From NCBI GenBank assembly GCA_043814055.1, contig JBDRKL010000012.1, positions 32,001 to 96,000 on the forward strand: a DNA stretch of 64,000 nucleotides, written 5' to 3'. This stretch comes from an archaeon (lineage in GTDB: Archaea > Undinarchaeota > Undinarchaeia > Undinarchaeales > JBDRKL01). Under the pieces are notes generated by a model. The model saw only the letters and a list, made by a program, of their open reading frames with translations, was not told the origin of the DNA and made no database searches. Numbering within the stretch: position 1 is the stretch's first letter; every line of letters begins with the position of its first letter. This document shows positions 26,937 to 36,525 of the stretch, piece after piece. Position numbers and translations under genes: made by a program.

Positions 26937-27958
26937 ATGAAACCTGCACCCCAAGGATTGTGATAGAAAACAACGCATTAGATGGGATTGGCGATATTGT
27001 TGAGGGGGGCAGGGCGCTCATAGTTGCTGACGAAACCACAATGAGGGTTGCAGGAGACCGGGTAAAAAAAGCGCTTGAGGAAAAGGGAATTGATGTTAGC
27101 GTTTATTTTGCAAAGATTTCTGATGAGAAAACTGTTTCCGAGGCAGTGGATGCTGTGAAAGAATCAGGCGCTGAGATTGTTCTGGGAATTGGGGGAGGAA
27201 CTTGCATAGACATTGCAAAACTTAGCTCGTTCAGGAATAACGTGCCGTTTATTTCAGTTCCGACATCTGCCGCGCACGATGGGATCTGCTCGCCAGTTGC
27301 CTCAATAAAGCAGGCAGACGGGCTGAAGTCATATCCGGCAAAGCCGCCGATTGCGGTTGTTGCTGATATTTTAATCATAAAAAATGCACCTGAGAAATTT
27401 TACGCTGCAGGTGTGGGGGATTTAATCGCGAATTTCACTGCCGTGGCTGACTGGGAATTGGCAAGAGATGAAAAGGGCGACGAGTTCAATGAGGAATCTG
27501 CCGAGCTTTCAAGGAAGAGCGCGCAGGCGATTTTGGAGGCAATTGATTCGGTTGCGGAGCGGAGTGATGAGGGAGTAAGAATTGTTATGGATGCTCTAAT
27601 CAAGTCAGGGGTTTCAATGTGCATGGCAGGCTCCAGCAGACCGTGCTCTGGGGCTGAGCACTTGTTCTCGCACAACTTGGACAAGATTGCAGGCTTTCCA
27701 GCACTGCACGGCGCCCAGTGCGGGGTCGGCGCGATATTGATGGCAAAACTGCACGGGCTTGACTGGGAAAAATACAAGGAAGTGCTTGAGAAGGTTGGGG
27801 CTCCGACCACTGCAAAAGAGCTTGGGGTGAGTGAGGGGCAAATCGTGCAGGCACTCGTTAGTGCACACATGCTCCGGGATAGGTACACAATACTACACAA
27901 GGCGCCGTTGAACGAAGAAAAAGCTAAAGAACTAGCAAAGATTACAGGTGTAATATGA
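26927..27958 (+). CDS. egsA: sn-glycerol-1-phosphate dehydrogenase
   Basis: GGGTCIDIAK, PTSAAHDGICSP, SSRPCSGAEHLFSH, LHGAQCG. Confidence 0.95.
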   Translation: MAINETCTPRIVIENNALDGIGDIVEGGRALIVADETTMRVAGDRVKKALEEKGIDVSVYFAKISDEKTVSEAVDAVKESGAEIVLGIGGGTCIDIAKLSSFRNNVPFISVPTSAAHDGICSPVASIKQADGLKSYPAKPPIAVVADILIIKNAPEKFYAAGVGDLIANFTAVADWELARDEKGDEFNEESAELSRKSAQAILEAIDSVAERSDEGVRIVMDALIKSGVSMCMAGSSRPCSGAEHLFSHNLDKIAGFPALHGAQCGVGAILMAKLHGLDWEKYKEVLEKVGAPTTAKELGVSEGQIVQALVSAHMLRDRYTILHKAPLNEEKAKELAKITGVI

Positions 27959-28704
27959 AAGACGTAAGGAAGCACATATTTGACAAGCTCAAGAAAGAGA
28001 AACTTGTATTCACATTGCTAGACCCTGAAAAGCTTGACGCGAAAGAGGCCGGAAAGCTCGCGAAGAAGCTTGAGGACATTGGGTCTGATGCCATAATGCT
28101 CGGCGGCTCAACAACTGGCTCAATAGATGATGTTGCAAAGGCGGTTAAGGATGCAGTGAGCATTCCGATAATACTTTTCCCAAGCTCTGCGATGTCACTC
28201 TCAAAGCACGCGGATGCTGTGTTCTTCATGAGCCTGATAAACTCTGAGAAGATTGAATACCTGATGGGGGAGCAATTGAAGGGCTCACTAATGGTCAAGA
28301 ATTATGGCTTGGAACCGATAGGAATGGGCTACATCGTGATAAATACTGGTGAGCCAACAATGGTTGAGAAGGTTGCACAGATAAGGCGGCTCACGAACAA
28401 GGAAGCGGTATCGTGCGCGCTAGCCGCTGAGTACTTCGGGATGAAAGTGGTCTACCTTGAGGCAGGATCCGGGGCGCAGAGCCCTGTGCCAGACAGCATG
28501 ATAAGCGCTGTGAAAAAGGAGATTGGAGTGCCGCTCATAGTTGGCGGCGGAATAAACGGCCCGCTGATGGCCAAGAAGAAGCTTGAGGCAGGGGCTGACA
28601 TTATTGTAATAGGCACTGTGATAGAAAAGGCGTACGCAAAGGCCGCTGAGATAATTGACATTGTAAAAAAAATCCCGGTTGAAAAGAAAGGATTGAAAAA
28701 ATGA
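27955..28704 (+). CDS. Geranylgeranylglyceryl phosphate synthase
   Basis: TLLDPEK, GGST, YLEAGSGA, VGGGI. Confidence 0.93.
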   Translation: MKDVRKHIFDKLKKEKLVFTLLDPEKLDAKEAGKLAKKLEDIGSDAIMLGGSTTGSIDDVAKAVKDAVSIPIILFPSSAMSLSKHADAVFFMSLINSEKIEYLMGEQLKGSLMVKNYGLEPIGMGYIVINTGEPTMVEKVAQIRRLTNKEAVSCALAAEYFGMKVVYLEAGSGAQSPVPDSMISAVKKEIGVPLIVGGGINGPLMAKKKLEAGADIIVIGTVIEKAYAKAAEIIDIVKKIPVEKKGLKK

Positions 28705-28949
28705 GCTGGTTGTTCTCCTTAAGAATGAAACTGCACAGGGTTAAAAGGAGAAAGAAAACTATCCCAGACATTAAGGAAGAAATAGAGGAACTGAAATCAG
28801 GAATAGTCCATCTAAATGATCAGTACATGCAGCGAACCATAGAAGACCGGGAGTACGAGAGAAAAAAGCAGGATGCTCTGCATAAAATTCATCATCTTGA
28901 GGAGAGGATACTTGAGAAGAAGATGGAGAATATGGGCGAAAATATGTAA
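28701..28949 (+). CDS. Small coiled-coil hypothetical protein
   Basis: 82-aa ORF coupled to the GGGPS stop; helical and charged. Confidence 0.6.
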   Translation: MSWLFSLRMKLHRVKRRKKTIPDIKEEIEELKSGIVHLNDQYMQRTIEDREYERKKQDALHKIHHLEERILEKKMENMGENM

Positions 28950-28964
28950 ATTTTTGAGTAACAA

Positions 28965-29642
28965 ATGAAACTAGCAGTACTTTTTTCAGGGGGCAAGGAC
29001 AGTACAATGGCTTTGCACAAGGTTCTGAAGCAGGGGCACGACGTTACTCATTTGGTTTCTGCGTTTCCGAAGAACCCAGAGAGCATGCTTTACCACACTT
29101 CAAATATTGAGCTTACCAAGCTCGCGGCAGAAGCGATTGGAATTCCACTTTTGAAACTTGAGGTTGAAAGTTTGGAAGACACTGGGGAGGCGGCTGAGCT
29201 TGAGGAAGCTTTGGAGAAGCTGGATATTGAGGGAATTGTTGTTGGCGGAGTTAGCTCAAAATATCAGGCAAGGATTTTCAGTGCGATTGCAGACAAGCTT
29301 GGGATTGAGATGATTGCCCCGTACTGGGGAAAGCCGCACGAAGAATTGATTCGGGAGGCGATTGGAGCTGGGTATGATATCAGGATTACTTCTGTTTCTG
29401 CTGATGGGCTTGATGAGAATTGGCTTGGAAGGAAATTGGACTTGGAAACGCTTGAAGAGTTAAAGAAGCTTAAAGAAACGTATGGGGTTGATATTGGGGG
29501 CGAGGGCGGGGAGTACTGCACTGTGGTTGTTGCAGGGCCGATTTTCAAGAAGCGAATTAAGTTTTTGGAGTCTGAAAAGGTTTGGGAAGGGATGAGCGGG
29601 AAGCTTGTTGTGAAAAAGGCAGAGCTCGTGGCGAGCAAATAA
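28965..29642 (+). CDS. dph6: Diphthine--ammonia ligase family PP-loop ATPase
   Basis: LFSGGKDS, SMLYH, GEGGEY.T.V. Confidence 0.88.
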   Translation: MKLAVLFSGGKDSTMALHKVLKQGHDVTHLVSAFPKNPESMLYHTSNIELTKLAAEAIGIPLLKLEVESLEDTGEAAELEEALEKLDIEGIVVGGVSSKYQARIFSAIADKLGIEMIAPYWGKPHEELIREAIGAGYDIRITSVSADGLDENWLGRKLDLETLEELKKLKETYGVDIGGEGGEYCTVVVAGPIFKKRIKFLESEKVWEGMSGKLVVKKAELVASK

Positions 29643-29715
29643 TAATACACCGAGGCACGGGCGAGGAGAGCTTGGTTAAGGTTTATATAGCACTTTCAAT
29701 TAATGGCAATCGGGA

Positions 29716-30804
29716 ATGACATTTAGCGAACGAACTAACAAGATACTGCACGCAGCAGTTTTGTTCCTTTCCCTGTACTTTTTCCTAGTTTCAATAAAGC
29801 TCATGGGCGGGTCGTTCAAGCTTATGGGCTCAGGTTTTGCCGAGACGCTCCTGAGCGCGACTGCGAATCCGCTTACAGCACTCTTTATTGGAATTCTTGC
29901 AACTGCAATTATTCAAAGCTCATCTTCAACTACTTCAATTATTGTTGCGTTCGTTGGCGCTGGTATGCTGCCGCTTGAGGCAGCTATCCCTATGGTAATG
30001 GGTGCAAATATTGGAACAACAGTTACAAACACCTTGGTTTCATTTGCCCATCTTACGCGGCGGAGCGAGTTCAGATTGGCGTTTTCTTCTTCAATTGTCC
30101 ACTTATTTTTCAACGCGATTATTGTTATGATATTTTTCCCGCTTGAACAAGCTACTCATATTCTTCAGAGAACTGCGATTTATATGGCTGATATGACTGT
30201 TGGAACTTCAGGCATGACTTTCACAAGCCCGTTGGATCAAGTAATTACGCCAGTTGTGAAAGCAGTGATACACGTTCTTCCTCCTCAGTACATGATACTA
30301 ATTTCAGTTGTGGTGCTTATGATTGCGCTGAAGTATCTTGTGACAGCAACAAAAGTCCTGTTCATTTCAGGCAGGGAGAATTTCCTGAGCAAGTACTTGT
30401 TCAAGACTGCCAAAATAAGCTTTGTGTGCGGATTCCTACTTACTGCGCTTGTGCAAAGCAGTTCAATCACAACATCACTTGTAGTTCCATTTGCAGGGGC
30501 AGGCCTCTTGTCACTAGAGCAAATATTCCCATTCGCACTGGGCGCAAATATTGGAACTACGGTTACAGCGTTCCTTGCGGCTCTGGTTACTGGAACAACA
30601 ATGGCGCTGGCGCTTGCATATGTGCACATACTCTTCAATTCGCTTGGCGCAATTGTGATATGGCCAATTAGAAAATTGCCGATATGGATGGCGGAGAAGA
30701 TGGGCGAGATAGTTGAGAAAAAGCGCAGGGTAGCTCTTATATACGTGGCAGTAATATTCTACATACTGCCCCTCATGGTCTTAATATTAAGCGGGGTGAT
30801 TTAA
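29716..30804 (+). CDS. Na+/phosphate cotransporter (NptA/SLC34 family)
   Basis: Two QSSS repeats, each followed by GANIGTT. Confidence 0.93.
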   Translation: MTFSERTNKILHAAVLFLSLYFFLVSIKLMGGSFKLMGSGFAETLLSATANPLTALFIGILATAIIQSSSSTTSIIVAFVGAGMLPLEAAIPMVMGANIGTTVTNTLVSFAHLTRRSEFRLAFSSSIVHLFFNAIIVMIFFPLEQATHILQRTAIYMADMTVGTSGMTFTSPLDQVITPVVKAVIHVLPPQYMILISVVVLMIALKYLVTATKVLFISGRENFLSKYLFKTAKISFVCGFLLTALVQSSSITTSLVVPFAGAGLLSLEQIFPFALGANIGTTVTAFLAALVTGTTMALALAYVHILFNSLGAIVIWPIRKLPIWMAEKMGEIVEKKRRVALIYVAVIFYILPLMVLILSGVI

Positions 30805-30806
30805 AA

Positions 30807-31562
30807 ATGGAACTTTACAAAAGAATATATGATGCGTGGAAGAAGCGGCCGATACTGGAAGATGCATATAATCATGCAGCAGACATACTGAAGCGGGACC
30901 AGTACATGTTCAATGAGGTCTGCACTGCCCTAATAAGCGGCGGCTCCACAAGGGAGAGCAGTACTGATGAGGAGAGGGACATAGTTGAGATAATCACAGA
31001 GGAAGACCACAAGATAAACGACATGGCGAGGAGCATCCGCCAGGAACTGCTGTCTTATCTTGCGCTGAACAGCTCGCCTGACCTGTCATCCTCGCTTGTG
31101 CTCACGAGCCTTGTGATATACCTTGAGCGGCTTGGGGATTACACAAAGGACCTTGCTCAGCTTACCCTGCTCAACGCGCCGAAGTTCAGGCAGATGACTT
31201 ACCATGGGGACATAGAAAAATATCAAAAGCACTTGATGGTAATGTTTGACCTTACAATAAAGGCATTTGAAAACGGGGACAAGGTTGCGGCGATGAAAGT
31301 AATGAACGAGAATGTCAAGCTCAGGAATGAGACTGATGTTTTGCTGCACAAAATCAATACTGACAAAAACATACGCGGCAGGGAGGCAATGACCTACACT
31401 TTGTACACCCGATATTTCAGGAGAGTTGCCGGGCACTTGGAAAATGTCGCATCAAGCGTGATTTCGCCATTCCCTGACTTGGGGTTCAAGCACGCTGCAG
31501 GGGTTAAGCTCACGGAGAAGAGAACAAAGATGAGCAATATTGTGAAAAAGAGAGGGAAGTAG
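30807..31562 (+). CDS. PhoU-domain protein 1
   Basis: D..IN, LERLGDY.KD, RVAGHLENV. Confidence 0.85.
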   Translation: MELYKRIYDAWKKRPILEDAYNHAADILKRDQYMFNEVCTALISGGSTRESSTDEERDIVEIITEEDHKINDMARSIRQELLSYLALNSSPDLSSSLVLTSLVIYLERLGDYTKDLAQLTLLNAPKFRQMTYHGDIEKYQKHLMVMFDLTIKAFENGDKVAAMKVMNENVKLRNETDVLLHKINTDKNIRGREAMTYTLYTRYFRRVAGHLENVASSVISPFPDLGFKHAAGVKLTEKRTKMSNIVKKRGK

Positions 31563-31599
31563 ACAAAGTTCTTATACATAAAGATAAAAATCAACTCGT

Positions 31600-32195
31600 A
31601 TGGATGTTGTGATTCTAATACTGGCTTTTTTTACATAGGTCAGACAATAGATATACTCATAAGGAAGGCGATTGACAAGGAAAAGCCGCTGTGGCTACTT
31701 GTTTTGCCGGCTCTTCTCCTGCCGACGTATATCTTAAGCGATTTTTTCTTCAAGTTCATCCTCCTTTTCATACTCATAATGTGGAGCCGCGTATGCAGGA
31801 GCTCGGGTTATGGATTGAATTACCAGTTTCCGCTCATAGTTGCAGGCGGCATAGTGCTCGGACCTGCAGCAGGGGCAATCCTTGGTTTTGTGCCGCTGAT
31901 CCTCGTGCCATTCATCCGGCCTGACGCACAGGTCGTGTCAATATACCAGAGCGCGGTGCTCCTGACTATAATAGGCGCAGTGAGCGGGTTCCTTGGCGGG
32001 TTTGGACCAGGGCTTTGGGTGGATTTTGCAATTTGGTCCCTGGTAGCGTTCAACATTGTCCGGCTGGTCCTGCTGTTCGGGCGTTTGCCGCCGAAGAATA
32101 CTGTGTTCTTTTTCCCCATAAACGTGGGAATCAATTACTATCTAATTACCAATTATCTCGTTCCAATAATAACTTGGCTGGGTGGTAATGCTTAA
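31600..32195 (+). CDS. Membrane protein (ECF S-component-like), apparently frameshifted at a T7 tract
   Basis: ATG 31600 lies about 25 nt after a TATA and gives MDVVILILAFF; the -1 frame continues YIGQ...GGIVLGPAAGAILGF to 32195. Confidence 0.65.
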
Positions 32196-32215
32196 AGCAT
32201 AGGAGGACAAATAAA

Positions 32216-33064
32216 ATGAAAATGATAGAAAAAATCAGGGAAAAAATCAAGGCTTACAAGGAGATGTATTACATCTGGAGGAAGCGGCCTACTGCAACGT
32301 TCCAGGAAATAACTGACATCTGGACCAAGGAACCTATGCTGAAGAAGGCAAGGAAGAACGCTGTAGACATGCTTAAGCGCGATCAGTTCATGTTCAACGA
32401 GGTTTCAAATGCACTCCTGACAGGCGAGATAATAAGGAAGACTTCAAAGGGCAAGACAGAGAGCATAGTTGACATCCTGCAGAGGGAAGACGAGAAGATA
32501 AACGAGTACACGCAACAGATAAGGAGAGAGGTAATGAATTATATGGCGGACAACTCTGCGCCGAATGTTGAAGCCTCGCTTGTGCTTACCAGCTTGGTAA
32601 TAGACCTTGAAAGATTAGGAGACCAGACAAAGGACCTTGCAAAGCTCACACTTATTAGCAAACCTGATTTTGAGAAGCGGACATATATGAGGGACATAGA
32701 GAAACAGCAGAGGAGAATAATGGGAATGTTTGACAAGACCATCACGGCCTTTGAGAACAAGGACAAGGAAGTGGCGGGCGAGGTGATGGATGATAACGTC
32801 TCACTCAGGAACGAGACCGACGTTTTGCTGCACACGCTAAGCACTGACAAAAACATACGCGGCAGGGAAATGCTGATGTACACGCTTTATATTCGGTTTT
32901 ACAGAAGGGCTGCAGCGCACTTGGAGAACATCGCGTCAAGCGTGATTTCCCCGTTCCCATATCTGGGATTCAAGAGCGCGCCTGATGTGAAACTGCACAA
33001 GAAAAGGAAGAAGATGAGTAGGATTGTTAAAAAGAAGAGCAAGACTGCTAAAAGCCAATCCTAG
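32216..33064 (+). CDS. PhoU-domain protein 2 (paralogue of 30807)
   Basis: LERLGDQTKD, RRAAAHLENIASS; shares long segments with paralogue 1. Confidence 0.85.
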   Translation: MKMIEKIREKIKAYKEMYYIWRKRPTATFQEITDIWTKEPMLKKARKNAVDMLKRDQFMFNEVSNALLTGEIIRKTSKGKTESIVDILQREDEKINEYTQQIRREVMNYMADNSAPNVEASLVLTSLVIDLERLGDQTKDLAKLTLISKPDFEKRTYMRDIEKQQRRIMGMFDKTITAFENKDKEVAGEVMDDNVSLRNETDVLLHTLSTDKNIRGREMLMYTLYIRFYRRAAAHLENIASSVISPFPYLGFKSAPDVKLHKKRKKMSRIVKKKSKTAKSQS

Positions 33065-33731
33065 TTCCGGTGAATTCCTGGTTTGAAAGAATTTTTTCTA
33101 TGTTAGCCAGGTCTTTGCCATTTACAATAGCCATCTTGATTTTGCTCTCTGCGAGCATCTCCGCCGCGACCTTGTCCATTATGGTTGCCTTGTTGGCCTC
33201 GTGCTCCTGGTCGCCGAGCTTTTTCAGCTCTTCGTAGGAGATTGTTTCAAGTGGTTTCGCGTCCTTGTTCTTCTTTGGGTCTGAGTCGTAAACATAATCA
33301 ACGTCAGTTCCTTTCACAACAAGCTCTGCACCCCAGGTTTTTGCAATTTCCACAGCCACTGCGTCGGTTCTTTGCCCGGGCCTGAAGCCGCCAGCAACTA
33401 TGATTTTGCCAGGGTGAGCTTTTGTGAGTGCAATAAATTCTGCCTCGCTTCGCGGGACTTCGGGGCAGGCGTTTTGGTCAAGGGCTGAGATTAGAGTTGA
33501 AGCAACGAATCGTGATGCTTGGATTCCGATTAGGTCAAGAAGACGCGGGTCCTTGGTGAATTTTTTCCCAGCCTTGCCAAATTCGCGGGAGAGTTTTCCG
33601 CCGCCGACAACAATTGCGAGCTCATGCTCTGCTGACCAATTTGAGACAGAAGAAGCTAGTTTTTCAAGAAATTCAAAGTCAACGGAATTCGGCGCGAGAA
33701 TTGAGCCGCCGAATTTGAGGACTGCTTTCAT
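33048..33731 (-). CDS. pyrH: Uridylate kinase
   Basis: MKAVLKFGGS, VVGGG..SR, GG..PGQRTD, DYVYDSDPKKN. Confidence 0.92.
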   Translation of the reverse strand: MKAVLKFGGSILAPNSVDFEFLEKLASSVSNWSAEHELAIVVGGGKLSREFGKAGKKFTKDPRLLDLIGIQASRFVASTLISALDQNACPEVPRSEAEFIALTKAHPGKIIVAGGFRPGQRTDAVAVEIAKTWGAELVVKGTDVDYVYDSDPKKNKDAKPLETISYEELKKLGDQEHEANKATIMDKVAAEMLAESKIKMAIVNGKDLANIEKILSNQEFTGTRIGF

Positions 33732-33735
33732 TATA

Positions 33736-33942
33736 TTATATTGTTTCCTTGCCTGTTGCGCGCACCATGAACCCTGCAAGGCGGTTTCGCACTTTCTTGC
33801 TCGGGCAGTTGAGCTCGCGCGAGTCCATGAGCTCCTGGAGCGTTTTCTTGATTTGTTCAAAGTCAGGCTTGAACTTGGTTGGGTACTTCTCAATAAGGTC
33901 CTTACCTGCTCTTTTTATGAAAGTTTGTTTTATATTGCCCAT
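33736..33942 (-). CDS. rps17e: 30S ribosomal protein S17e
   Basis: MGNIKQTFIKR...SKKVRNRLAGF. Confidence 0.93.
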   Translation of the reverse strand: MGNIKQTFIKRAGKDLIEKYPTKFKPDFEQIKKTLQELMDSRELNCPSKKVRNRLAGFMVRATGKETI

Positions 33943-34053
33943 TGTGGCACTTGTATCTATTAACTGCTTTATAAAGATTGTCAAAGCGCAAGCTTTGACA
34001 AACAGCAGTTCACTCAGTGAATCGCTGGATTATTAAAGGAGAAGATACAGATA

Positions 34054-34842
34054 ATGCCTATGAATTTCTCAAAAGAACAGCTAGCAGAGCATGAGAAGAA
34101 CTCGGCAATCACCAAGCGGGAGCTGAAGGAAGCTCTTTCTAGTTCAGACCAGAGGATTTCACAGATAGTGACCTCTATTAGCGAGCTGGATGAATCAATT
34201 AATGTTAATGTTGAAAGGCTTAGGGAGTGGTATATGTTATATTACCCAGAGGTTGTGGCGAAGATAAAGAACAACGAGGCGTTCGTGAAGGCGACTGCAA
34301 AAGCGAAGTCAAGGGATGATTTTCATGACGTGCCGAAGGACTCCATAGGCGCGGATTTCGCGCAGACTGATGTGGACACGATGAGGATTTTAGCGCGCTC
34401 AATTCAGGAGACCTACGAGCTTCAGGAGAAGTTTAGGAATGTTCTGAAGACCCTGATGAAGGCGAATTACCCGAACTTGCAGACAGTTGCTGGGGATATT
34501 GTCGGCGCAAAGCTCATCGCGCATGCAGGAGATGCTGAGCGTTTGGCAAGGATGGCGAGCTCAACGATTCAAATTCTCGGCGCTGAGAAGGCTTTGTTCA
34601 GGCACATGACCACTGGAGCGAAATCTCCTAAATATGGAATTTTGCTCCAGCATCAACTGCTTCAGAGCGCAAGGCGCGGGGAGAAAGGCAAGGTTGCGCG
34701 GGCTGTGGCTGGGAAGATTTCAATTGCGGTGAAAGTGGATGTTTACGGCGGCGAGTACTGCGGGGACAAATTGAGAAAGGACATGGAACGGGCTGTGGAG
34801 AGGATTAAGGAGAAAGCTAAGAGGAAGGGGTTGAAAGGATGA
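34054..34842 (+). CDS. nop5: Nop5 (Nop56/58) C/D sRNP protein, short form
   Basis: RLREWY..YPE, ASSTIQILGAEKALF, SPKYG. Confidence 0.9.
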   Translation: MPMNFSKEQLAEHEKNSAITKRELKEALSSSDQRISQIVTSISELDESINVNVERLREWYMLYYPEVVAKIKNNEAFVKATAKAKSRDDFHDVPKDSIGADFAQTDVDTMRILARSIQETYELQEKFRNVLKTLMKANYPNLQTVAGDIVGAKLIAHAGDAERLARMASSTIQILGAEKALFRHMTTGAKSPKYGILLQHQLLQSARRGEKGKVARAVAGKISIAVKVDVYGGEYCGDKLRKDMERAVERIKEKAKRKGLKG

Positions 34843-35492
34843 ATAAGAAATTTGACCAAATAAGATACATTGGAAAAGACGTTGCAACCGAGAACATTGT
34901 TCCAGGCAGCCGGGTATATGGTGAGAAGATTGAGAAGAAGGCTGGGGTTGAATTCAGGCTCTGGGACCCGTACCGCTCAAAGATGGCTGCAGCGCTCAGG
35001 CAGGGCGTCAAGACTTTCCCATTTAAGGAAGATTCAAAAGTTCTTTATCTCGGGGCTGGGAATGGAACCACGGTTTCGCACATTGCAGATGTTTGCAAAC
35101 ACGGTTTTGTTTACTCAGTTGAGTTCTCACCAAGAGCTGTGACTGACTTGATGATGGTTGCTGATGAGAGGAAAAACATAATTCCAATTCTGGCGAATGC
35201 GAAATTCCCAGAGAGATATGCAGAGAAGGTGCCGCAGGTTGATATTCTTTATGAGGATGTTGCGCAAAAGGGGCAGGTTGACATTCTGAAAGTGAATGCG
35301 GACAAGTTCCTGAAGCAGGATGGGTATTTGTTTTTGATGGTTAAAGCAAGGTCAATTGATGTTACAAAGGAGCCAAAGTATGTGTTTGAAGTTGTGGCGA
35401 ATGAATTGATGGAGAATTACAAAATTTTAGAACGCATTAAGCTTGACCCGTACGAGAAGGACCATATGTGCATTGTGATGCAGAAGAAATGA
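34839..35492 (+). CDS. flpA: Fibrillarin-like rRNA/tRNA 2'-O-methyltransferase
   Basis: VYGEK, WDPYRSK, VLYLGA..GTTVSH, DVAQ, KARSID. Confidence 0.96.
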   Translation: MNKKFDQIRYIGKDVATENIVPGSRVYGEKIEKKAGVEFRLWDPYRSKMAAALRQGVKTFPFKEDSKVLYLGAGNGTTVSHIADVCKHGFVYSVEFSPRAVTDLMMVADERKNIIPILANAKFPERYAEKVPQVDILYEDVAQKGQVDILKVNADKFLKQDGYLFLMVKARSIDVTKEPKYVFEVVANELMENYKILERIKLDPYEKDHMCIVMQKK

Positions 35493-35494
35493 TA

Positions 35495-35598
35495 CAACCT
35501 TTTTCCGCGAAGGCGCGCAAAAAGCTCAAACACACAAAGTGTGTTGAGCAACACGCTGTCGCGTGTTTGCTTGACCAAAAAAATTCGCTTCGCTCGAA
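35495..35598 (+). repeat. CAACCTTTTT...TTGACCAAAAA modular hairpin element, long form
   Basis: Homologue of 5677-5762. Confidence 0.85.
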
Positions 35599-35607
35599 AG
35601 GTAGAAT

Positions 35608-36525
35608 ATGATAAGAGAAGAACTGCTCAATAAGGTCTCGCAAACCCTGCGCGAGGCAGGCTACGAAGTTGCGCTCCAGTGCACGCCAAGCTGTTTTGAC
35701 ATACTCGCCCGCAGTGGGCACATTCTGCTCGTGAAAGTTTTGACAAATGTTGACTCGCTCTATGAGGAGCAGGCCGAGGATTTGAAAAGGATTGCGGATG
35801 TTCTGGACGCTTCGCCGCTGCTCGTTGGCGGCACTGCGCGGGGCGAGATGATGAAGGAGAGCACGATGTATGAGAGGCACGGGATTCCTGCTGTTTCGTT
35901 TGACACTTTTGCCGAGACCATAGTTGATAAAAGATTGCCTTTTGTTTACGCGAAGAAGGGCGGGTTCTACGCGCACATCAACGCGGACTTTTTGAAGAAG
36001 TTGCGGGAGAAGAAAGACCTTTCTTTGAATGATTTGGCGCGGGAAGCCGGGGTTTCAAAAGCAACGATTCAGAATTATGAGAAGGGTGAGGGCGCTGAGG
36101 TTGACAATATCTTCCGCCTGCAGGAAGCGCTGGGCGACTTGGTTCTGGATCCCATTGACTTATTTGACTTTGAGGAGAAACCTATAGAGGTTCAGCCGCG
36201 GACTGTCTACGAGCGCGAAATTCACGCGCAGCTTGGCGATATAGGTTTTAAAACAACTGCGGTTACAAAGGCGGCGTTTAGCATTGTTGGAAAGCACAAG
36301 GATGATATTCTGCTCACTGGCTTGAGGAAGGAGTCAATTGAGAAAAAAGCGCAGGACATCCACGGGGCTTCAATGGCGCTTGAGCAGCACGGGATGTTCG
36401 TTGTGAACAAGGCGGTGCAGAAAAGCGTTTCAGGAGTTCCTGTTCTTGAAAGGAAAGAGCTTGACAAGGTTGTTACATCAAGGGAATTACTTAAAATACT
36501 GAAAGAACTAGAGGAGGAACAATGA
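35608..36525 (+). CDS. Conserved archaeal HTH (XRE) transcriptional regulator
   Basis: SCFDILAR, KVLTNVD, YERHGIP, GGFY, HTH LSLNDLAREAGVSKATIQNYEKG. Confidence 0.88.
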   Translation: MIREELLNKVSQTLREAGYEVALQCTPSCFDILARSGHILLVKVLTNVDSLYEEQAEDLKRIADVLDASPLLVGGTARGEMMKESTMYERHGIPAVSFDTFAETIVDKRLPFVYAKKGGFYAHINADFLKKLREKKDLSLNDLAREAGVSKATIQNYEKGEGAEVDNIFRLQEALGDLVLDPIDLFDFEEKPIEVQPRTVYEREIHAQLGDIGFKTTAVTKAAFSIVGKHKDDILLTGLRKESIEKKAQDIHGASMALEQHGMFVVNKAVQKSVSGVPVLERKELDKVVTSRELLKILKELEEEQ

